A DNA stretch of 57,147 bases from Sphingobacteriaceae bacterium (GTDB lineage: Bacteria; Bacteroidota; Bacteroidia; Sphingobacteriales; Sphingobacteriaceae). Positions 50,929-57,147 of this stretch are shown in pieces. The position numbers and the translations under genes were made by a program. Positions within the stretch are counted from its first letter, which is position 1. Each line of letters opens with the position of its first letter. The stretch is taken from assembly GCA_046074005.1 (NCBI GenBank), contig JBJTNJ010000124.1:1-57147 (forward strand). The letters run 5' to 3'. The notes below the pieces were generated by a model. That model ran no database searches and was not told where the DNA came from. It worked only from the letters and a program-made list of their open reading frames with translations.

Positions 50929-51534
50929 TTAAAGCAACCGTTCTTTTACCACCAAGGTGCCCGCCAATTTATCGTGCAAACACTGCTGTTTTCGGTCGAA
51001 AAAACCGAATAAGTACCCCACACCAAGAGTGAGTGTACTTAGCCATTTACCCAAATTGCGCAAGACCGATTGGCCAAAACTAATACTTCTACCCTCTTCG
51101 TCGCAGACTTTAATGCCTAGTAGCTGCTTACCCAAAGTAGCTTGTTTTTTAGCACATTCCATAAAAACGGCATATACCGAACGGGCAATGGGAATAATGA
51201 CTATCCCCGACAAAGCAATGGCTATTTTAAGCACTTGCTGGTGGGTAAAAGCCAATAAGATTAAGGCTAACACACTATAAATTCCAAAAACGAAAAGATA
51301 ATCTACAGCCATGGCTAGTAAACGTACATCTAGCGAAGCAAAATATTGTGGCTGAACAAGCTTGGCTTTAAAGCCCAACAAACTGCGAATCTCAGCAACT
51401 TCGTGTGCTTCTTTATAATCGTCCATTGTTTCCGACTTTATGAATGTATCGGATTTTATAGAACGATTTTTTAGCTCTTCGAGGCTAAACGGGCCGGCAG
51501 GTTTGCCATTCTCAACCACCCAAAAGCGATGCAC
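50929..51534 (-). CDS. GYF_2 (DUF4339)-RDD domain membrane protein
   Basis: 201 aa. N-terminal WVVENGKPAGPFSLEELK is GYF-like. The C-terminal half has three TM helices and an RDD-family layout (...FFDRKQQCLHDKLAGTLVV). Confidence 0.7.
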   Translation of the reverse strand: MHRFWVVENGKPAGPFSLEELKNRSIKSDTFIKSETMDDYKEAHEVAEIRSLLGFKAKLVQPQYFASLDVRLLAMAVDYLFVFGIYSVLALILLAFTHQQVLKIAIALSGIVIIPIARSVYAVFMECAKKQATLGKQLLGIKVCDEEGRSISFGQSVLRNLGKWLSTLTLGVGYLFGFFDRKQQCLHDKLAGTLVVKERLL

Positions 51535-51535
51535 A

Positions 51536-52471
51536 CTAATAACGTTTTACGTTAAACGACGACAAGCCTCCGTGTAGTTTAATGTTGATTTTTGTGGAAG
51601 CAGTGGCATAGTTAGGGCTAACATACAGTCCATCTTCTTTTTTATCAAAACCTTCAAAAGACTTGCTCGTTAAACCGCCTTCATACTCAATTTGACACGC
51701 TACATTTTCCGGAATAGAGATTTTTACATCAGAAACACCGGTATCTACACTCACCTTTGTAAGCGCTAAGGGTTGACCTAATTTTAGCTCAAAAGCCGAA
51801 GCTCCTCCTTTAATGGCTATATCAGACAATTTGTAGGCAGACAAATCAAAATCGGCTTTACCAGCGCCCATATCTAAACGGATAGTCCAAATGGGATTAG
51901 TATTCAGACGAATGATGGCTTTGTTTGAATTTGATTTGTTCAGATGCCAAGATTTTTCACCATCGTTCATTTTAAAATTTAGTATTTCTACCGAGTCGGT
52001 GCTGGATCTGGTAAGAGAGTACTGGCCGTATGATTGGTTTACTTCGGCCTCAAATAATTGAGGCGTAGTTTGTTCAAGTTCGTAAACAGTAGCACCTCCT
52101 TCTATGTTTAACTCGGCTTTAGCTACGGCTGCATTATACGTTTCTGAGAAGGTTCTTATCTGGTTAGAATCGGCAGCGCTTAGGTCCTCATCGTCATTAA
52201 AAAACCAGTGAGTGCTAGGCTTAGAACGAGTGCTACCCACATACGCTACAAAGCCTAATACAATGCAGGTTAATAAAATCACCATAATTCTGCCTATCGG
52301 GCTTTGTTTTGCTCTACCAAACACCAAGTTTAACCCAGATAAGATTAGAATAATTGGCCAAAAATGCCATACCGAACGCCAATAAAAATCAATAATGTCA
52401 AAGTTATCGAGCAGTAAAATGGTACCGATAAATACGAGGGTAATACCCCACACTATTTTTTCGCTTTTCAT
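51536..52471 (-). CDS. LiaF-like / toastrack-domain membrane protein
   Basis: 311 aa. N-terminal TM hairpin (GITLVFIGTILLLDNF...WPIILILSGLNLVF) of the LiaI-LiaF type, then a repetitive beta-rich C-terminal domain (ELNIEGGA..., LDMGAGKADFDL, IKGGASAFELKL, VDTGVSDVKISI, KLHGGLSSFNV) typical of DUF2154/DUF4097 toastrack folds. Confidence 0.6.
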   Translation of the reverse strand: MKSEKIVWGITLVFIGTILLLDNFDIIDFYWRSVWHFWPIILILSGLNLVFGRAKQSPIGRIMVILLTCIVLGFVAYVGSTRSKPSTHWFFNDDEDLSAADSNQIRTFSETYNAAVAKAELNIEGGATVYELEQTTPQLFEAEVNQSYGQYSLTRSSTDSVEILNFKMNDGEKSWHLNKSNSNKAIIRLNTNPIWTIRLDMGAGKADFDLSAYKLSDIAIKGGASAFELKLGQPLALTKVSVDTGVSDVKISIPENVACQIEYEGGLTSKSFEGFDKKEDGLYVSPNYATASTKINIKLHGGLSSFNVKRY

Positions 52472-52490
52472 ATGCTTAGGTTTTTAAAAC

Positions 52491-53075
52491 TTATTCTGAT
52501 TTTTTAGGTTTTTTTACTGCCGGTTTTTTTGCCGCTACTTTCTTCGGAGCAGTAGTTTTTTTAGGGCTTACTTTTTCTTCTGTAAGGGGTGTTTCCGACT
52601 GAGTAGGGTCGGCTACTTTTTCGCTCGTTTTTTTGCCCGAATTAGCTAGCATTACCAATCCAGGGATAATTAAGGCTAGCGGCCATAACTTACCAAAGCT
52701 TACCCATTCTGGCACCCAATCAAACTGATCTAGTAGGAAAAAGGAGCCCAAGGCAATTAAGATAATGCCTGAAACAAATCCAGATTCTCTTTTTCTGTTG
52801 GATTTAGCGGCCTTAAACTCGGTTTCAAAAGGGCTAGCTGTTTTGTCTTTTACCGTATAATCGGTTTCAGCAGGCATGCTCCATACACCAAATGGTTGTT
52901 CGGGGATGGCAATCCACAAAATAATGTAAATAAGTAAACCCGAGGCGCCAAAAATAGTGGCCAAAATGAATAAAATGCGAATCCAAGTAACATCAATATC
53001 GAAATAACGAGCCAAACCGGCTGCAACGCCAGCCACTACTTTATCATTTGTATTTCTGTATAGTTTCTTCTCCAT
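52491..53075 (-). CDS. PspC domain-containing membrane protein with LiaI-like TM hairpin and Lys/Ala/Pro-rich tail
   Basis: PspC motif KLYRNTNDKVVAGVAAGLARYFDIDVTWIRILFIL. Start taken at MEKKLYRN (53075), because the longer ORF (to 53162) would overlap the SDR gene by 76 nt. Confidence 0.8.
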   Translation of the reverse strand: MEKKLYRNTNDKVVAGVAAGLARYFDIDVTWIRILFILATIFGASGLLIYIILWIAIPEQPFGVWSMPAETDYTVKDKTASPFETEFKAAKSNRKRESGFVSGIILIALGSFFLLDQFDWVPEWVSFGKLWPLALIIPGLVMLANSGKKTSEKVADPTQSETPLTEEKVSPKKTTAPKKVAAKKPAVKKPKKSE

Positions 53076-53086
53076 AACTAACTCTT

Positions 53087-53788
53087 TTAAAATGCTTCTG
53101 AAATAGGTTTTAGTATTAATTGATCTAGTGTTGCGCCAGGGCTTAGAGTTAAACAAGTCCAAACCGCTTGGGCTACGTCTTCGGGCTGAATAAATTTGTC
53201 GGGAGCTAGTTCGGTGCCCTCCCAGGAAGAGGTATAGGTTGCTCCCGGCAAGATAGCGCTTACTTTAACACCCGAGGATTTTAGCTCTTCCCTCAGTATA
53301 GTAGTAAGACCCAATAAGGCTACTTTTGTTACACTATACGAAGCAGCTTCTTTTACTACGTTTAGGCTGGCAATAGAGCAAATATTAATAATGTAGCCCG
53401 ATTTTAGCTTGCGCATTTCTTTGCCAAAAAACTTACTTAGAGCATGTGCCGGGTACACATTTGTTTCCATTTGACGAATTAATGCATCGTCTGCTTCCTC
53501 TAAAATAGTGCCTGGGGTATATTGCCCTACATTATTTATGAGCACCTCTACATGGCCGAGTTGGGCATGGGCGTGCTGTGCAAAATCCTGCACCTGCGGT
53601 AATTGTGCACAATCTACTGCCTCTATGTATACCTGTACTTTTGGATGTTTTTTTTGCACCTCTAATTTTAAAGTTTGTAGATCGGAGAGATTGCGGGCAC
53701 AGAGTGCCAAATTATAGCCTTCTTTAGCTAATTTTAGTGCAATAGCTCTTCCAATTCCCTTACTTGCTCCGGTAATTACTGCATTCAT
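53087..53788 (-). CDS. Short-chain dehydrogenase/reductase (classical SDR)
   Basis: 233 aa. Cofactor motif TGASKGIG and catalytic YSVTK (YxxxK). Confidence 0.85.
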   Translation of the reverse strand: MNAVITGASKGIGRAIALKLAKEGYNLALCARNLSDLQTLKLEVQKKHPKVQVYIEAVDCAQLPQVQDFAQHAHAQLGHVEVLINNVGQYTPGTILEEADDALIRQMETNVYPAHALSKFFGKEMRKLKSGYIINICSIASLNVVKEAASYSVTKVALLGLTTILREELKSSGVKVSAILPGATYTSSWEGTELAPDKFIQPEDVAQAVWTCLTLSPGATLDQLILKPISEAF

Positions 53789-53907
53789 AACGTGAAGTTA
53801 AGGGCATTTTTCCTGAATTAAGAGCCGGCAAGCAAATAAAAATATTGTCGCTAATTCGTTAAAGAGCCAAAGGCTTGTTATTTTTACCCTTTGCAATCCA
53901 ATAAATC

Positions 53908-54642
53908 ATGTTTTTTCAGCCACTAGGCAAGTACATTCTTCTGTTAAAAGCTGTTTTCCGCAAACCGGAAAAGTGGACTATTTATTGGAAAGAAATAGCC
54001 AAAGAAATGGTTGCTATTGGTGTGGGCTCTATCGGAATTATTACCATTATTTCGGTATTTTTAGGAGCAGTAACTACGGTACAAACAGCTTTCCAATTGG
54101 TAAGTAATCTAGTACCACGCTCTGTAATTGGCACTATTGTTCGCGATTCTTCTATTTTAGAGTTAAGCCCCACCATATCGGCCATTGTACTGGCGGGCAA
54201 AGTGGGTTCAAGTGTAGCTTCTCAAATAGGCACCATGCGGGTAACCGAACAAATAGATGCCCTCGAAATTATGGGTATTAATTCCCCAGGCTACCTTATT
54301 TTACCTAAAATTTTGGGGGCAGTAACTATGATTCCTCTTCTAGTAATTATCTCTATTGCCCTAAGTATTTTTGGCGGATATATTGCCGGAACCCTTTCTG
54401 GAGCAGTAAGTGCACAAGATTTTATAGCCGGTATTACCACTGATTTTGTTCCGTTTACCTTTACCGTATGCATGGTAAAATCGGTTATTTTCGCCTTTAT
54501 CATCACTACCGTATCGGCTTACCAAGGCTTTTACACCGCTGGCGGAGCCTTAGAAGTAGGCATTTCTAGCACTCGAGGCGTAGTAATTTCGTGTATCATG
54601 ATTTTGTGTGCCGATTACCTAACTGCCCAATTATTATTATGA
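53908..54642 (+). CDS. mlaE: MlaE-family ABC transporter permease
   Basis: 244-aa polytopic membrane protein with the MlaE/YrbE-type pattern (...MRVTEQIDALEIMGINS...), followed by a cognate ATPase gene with an ATGA overlap. Confidence 0.8.
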   Translation: MFFQPLGKYILLLKAVFRKPEKWTIYWKEIAKEMVAIGVGSIGIITIISVFLGAVTTVQTAFQLVSNLVPRSVIGTIVRDSSILELSPTISAIVLAGKVGSSVASQIGTMRVTEQIDALEIMGINSPGYLILPKILGAVTMIPLLVIISIALSIFGGYIAGTLSGAVSAQDFIAGITTDFVPFTFTVCMVKSVIFAFIITTVSAYQGFYTAGGALEVGISSTRGVVISCIMILCADYLTAQLLL

Positions 54643-55385
54643 TAGAAGTTAGGAACATCCATAAAATTTTCGGTACACACCAAGTTTTAGACGGAATTTC
54701 TGCCGAATTTCTTCCGGGTAAAACCAATTTAATTATTGGAGGCTCGGGTTCGGGTAAAACCACCCTACTTAAATGCATGGTAGGTTTGCACGAACCCAAC
54801 CAAGGAAAAGTGCTCTATGATGGTCGCGATTTTACCGAAATGAACTTCGCCGAACGCATTTCGGTGCGTAAAGAAATTGGCATGCTTTTTCAAGGAGCTG
54901 CACTTTTCGATTCTATGACGGTAGAAGAGAACATCCTTTTCCCGCTAAACATGTTTACCACCCAAAGTTTAGGTGAAAAAAAAGACCGAGCAAATTTTTG
55001 TTTGGAACGGGTAAACCTAGCCGGGAAAAATGCCCTCTACCCTGCCGAACTTTCTGGAGGAATGAAAAAACGGGTAGGCATTGCACGAGCCATTGCCATG
55101 AATCCTAAATATTTGTTTTGCGATGAGCCCAACTCTGGCCTCGACCCTAAAACGGCCATTGTAATTGACGAGCTTATTCATGAGCTTACCGTTGAATACC
55201 AAACCACCACCATTGTGGTTACGCACGACATGAACTCGGTGATGGGTATTGGCGAACACATTATCTTTTTACACAATGGGCAAAAATGGTGGGAAGGCAC
55301 TAAAGAAGAAATTATTAGCAGCGACAATGTGGAATTAAATGAATTTATCTTTGCTAGCAAATTCATGAAAGCCTTTAAAAAATAA
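54639..55385 (+). CDS. mlaF: MlaF-type ABC transporter ATP-binding protein
   Basis: Walker A GGSGSGKTT, signature LSGGMKKRV, Walker B FCDEP. Start taken at MIEVRNIHKIF (ATGA overlap with the mlaE stop); the ORF-track start 54591 lies inside mlaE. Confidence 0.85.
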   Translation: MIEVRNIHKIFGTHQVLDGISAEFLPGKTNLIIGGSGSGKTTLLKCMVGLHEPNQGKVLYDGRDFTEMNFAERISVRKEIGMLFQGAALFDSMTVEENILFPLNMFTTQSLGEKKDRANFCLERVNLAGKNALYPAELSGGMKKRVGIARAIAMNPKYLFCDEPNSGLDPKTAIVIDELIHELTVEYQTTTIVVTHDMNSVMGIGEHIIFLHNGQKWWEGTKEEIISSDNVELNEFIFASKFMKAFKK

Positions 55386-55394
55386 CACATCTAC

Positions 55395-56273
55395 ATGATT
55401 GAACTACTCAGTCCCAGCCACTGGAAAGACTACGAACTACTCGATTGCGGCGATTTTGAAAAGCTGGAACGCTTTGGCGACCTTATTTTAATTAGACCTG
55501 AACCACAAGCTGTTTGGGCAAAAGCATTACCAGAATCGGAGTGGAATAAATTACACCACATCCGCTTTAAAGGCAAATCTGCCACCTCCGGCGAATGGGT
55601 AAAGAAAAGCCCAAAATCTCCAGACAGATGGAACATAAGCTATAAAAACGAAGACATTGCCATTAAGTTCCGTTTAGGATTAACTTCTTTTAAACACGTA
55701 GGTATTTTTCCGGAGCAAGCCGTAAACTGGGATTTTATTGCACAGCAAGTAAAACGCTTTAAAAATCCGGAACCTAAAATTTTAAACTTGTTTGCCTATA
55801 CCGGTGGTGCCTCGTTAGCGGCAAAAGCTGCCGGGGCCGACACCACTCACGTAGATTCTATTAAGCAGGTGGTTACCTGGGCCAACGAAAATCAAGAACT
55901 TTCCGGTATAAATAATATCCGCTGGGTGGTAGAAGATGCCTTAAAATTTGTAAAAAGGGAACTTAAGCGTGGCAAAACCTACAATGGTATTATTCTAGAT
56001 CCGCCAGCTTATGGCCATGGGCCAAACGGCGAAAAATGGAAATTGGAAGATCACATTCAAGAAATGATGCAAGACGTAATGCAATTATTAGATCCCGAAG
56101 AACATTTCCTCATTCTTAATGCCTATTCTATGGGCTTTTCATCCGTAATTATTGAAAATTTATTAACTAGCTCTATGCCGAGCATACAAAATCTACAAGT
56201 TGGCGAATTGTATTTACAAGCCACTAGTGGCTGCAAACTACCACTTGGTGTTTTTGGCAGATGCTCTAAATAA
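55395..56273 (+). CDS. Class I SAM-dependent methyltransferase (RlmI/YccW-like catalytic domain)
   Basis: 292 aa. SAM motif I LNLFAYTGGASLAAKAAGA and post-I and motif IV elements (ILDPPAYG). Confidence 0.75.
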   Translation: MIELLSPSHWKDYELLDCGDFEKLERFGDLILIRPEPQAVWAKALPESEWNKLHHIRFKGKSATSGEWVKKSPKSPDRWNISYKNEDIAIKFRLGLTSFKHVGIFPEQAVNWDFIAQQVKRFKNPEPKILNLFAYTGGASLAAKAAGADTTHVDSIKQVVTWANENQELSGINNIRWVVEDALKFVKRELKRGKTYNGIILDPPAYGHGPNGEKWKLEDHIQEMMQDVMQLLDPEEHFLILNAYSMGFSSVIIENLLTSSMPSIQNLQVGELYLQATSGCKLPLGVFGRCSK

Positions 56274-56281
56274 ACAAACAC

Positions 56282-57147
56282 ATGAAAAAATTAGCAAAAA
56301 TTAGCTTACTCGTACTCTTTGGAGCCGTATTGTTTAGCAATTGTTCGGGCTCTGCAGGCAAAAACAGTGGTAGCGATTCTACCACCGTAAAACAAAATGC
56401 AGGCAATTATCCGCCGGTAGATACGCTAGCTTACCTACAAAAAGTAAAAGCCCTTGCCAATGGCGATACTACCGGAAAATGGCCGGTAAAAAAACAGCCT
56501 TATCCACTGCCGGGAGCCATTTTACCCTTTAAACGTATTGTAGCGTATTACGGTAATTTATATTCAGTACGCATGGGAATTTTAGGCGAATTACCGCCCA
56601 AGCAAATGCTAGCCAAGCTAGATCAAGAAGTAAAACGTTGGGAAAAAGCCGATCCTAAAACCCCCGTACAACCAGCCTTACACTATATTGCTGTGGTAGC
56701 ACAAGGCGATGCCGGCAAAGACGGGAAATACCGTTTCCGCATGCCCGACAAACAAATTGACTCGGTATTACACATTGCCAAAATGCGCAATGCCATTGTA
56801 TTTTTAGATATTCAGGTATCGTTAAGTAACATACGTGCAGAATTACCACTTTTAGAAAAATACTTGAAATTACCCCAAGTACATTTGGGTATCGATCCGG
56901 AATTTTCCATGAAAACTGGTGCAAAACCAGGCACAAAAATTGGCACCTACGATGCTGCAGACATTAATTATTGCTCTGCTTATCTTGCTAAATTAGTGCA
57001 AGAAAACGGACTTCCGCCGAAGGTATTTACGGTACACCGCTTTACCAAAGGCATGCTAACCAATTCGAAAAACATTAAACTACACCCCGAAGTGCAAATT
57101 ATTATGCACATGGATGGCTGGGGAGGCCCCGACTTAAAAAAAGGGAC
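56282..57147 (+). CDS. Putative lipoprotein, function unknown (3'-truncated by window end)
   Basis: Not in the ORF track because there is no stop codon in the window. Hand translation gives an open frame of 288 codons starting MKKLAKISLLVLFGAVLFSNCSGSAGKNSG, a signal peptide with Cys21. The antisense 56655..56936 ORF is its shadow. Confidence 0.6.
   Translation, partial: MKKLAKISLLVLFGAVLFSNCSGSAGKNSGSDSTTVKQNAGNYPPVDTLAYLQKVKALANGDTTGKWPVKKQPYPLPGAILPFKRIVAYYGNLYSVRMGILGELPPKQMLAKLDQEVKRWEKADPKTPVQPALHYIAVVAQGDAGKDGKYRFRMPDKQIDSVLHIAKMRNAIVFLDIQVSLSNIRAELPLLEKYLKLPQVHLGIDPEFSMKTGAKPGTKIGTYDAADINYCSAYLAKLVQENGLPPKVFTVHRFTKGMLTNSKNIKLHPEVQIIMHMDGWGGPDLKKG

Noticed and set aside
53076-53162. 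29-aa N-terminal extension of the PspC ORF. There is an analogous 16-aa extension of the mlaF ORF at 54591..54638.
   Set aside because: Both would overlap the preceding gene extensively. Internal ATGs give family-typical N-termini and, for mlaF, an ATGA coupling overlap.

Overview
This window is core chromosome from a Bacteroidota-type genome. Lineage evidence read from the sequence: a dcw cluster without murF or ddl and with an FtsL_2-type gene, HemJ, a long-form IspG, a 58-aa Hc1/histone-H1-like gene, atpDC split from the other atp genes, and ten exact TAnnTTTG '-7' promoter boxes just upstream of operon starts. I count about 57 protein genes and one tRNA-Arg(ACG). I found no rRNA, CRISPR array, transposase, integrase, phage gene or recognisable defence gene. 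Gene order: secreted Ntn acylase, small membrane protein and LuxE-like adenylating enzyme; tyrS; AcpH-like gene, ligA, dapA; hc1-like gene; alpha-oxoamine synthase; the full dcw cluster ftsZ back to mraZ (minus strand); pgk, GNAT, gap, obg, adk; tRNA-Arg; peroxiredoxin; RmlD-like reductase; atpDC; orphan ABC ATPase; OM beta-barrel, anti-sigma, ECF sigma; GH35 beta-galactosidase; a nine-gene heme operon (hemA to hemJ); ispG; RDD/GYF, toastrack (LiaF-like) and PspC module; SDR; mlaEF; a methyltransferase; and a partial lipoprotein. No classic accessory island is present. The most system-like unexplained content is: (1) an intramembrane-type histidine kinase, an OmpR-type regulator and a 2-TM/TPR protein translationally coupled inside the heme operon, with an 11-bp-phased TGTCA direct repeat at the hemA promoter; (2) a GTGG-box array upstream of mraZ whose 12-nt core recurs upstream of ftsZ (as a palindrome) and, as an 11-nt core, upstream of the hc1-like gene, suggesting a small MraZ-type regulon; (3) the PspC, toastrack and GYF-RDD envelope module with no cognate regulator; (4) the ECF sigma, anti-sigma and repeat-bearing beta-barrel triad. 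All functional calls rest on motifs and architecture read by eye. No database search was run.
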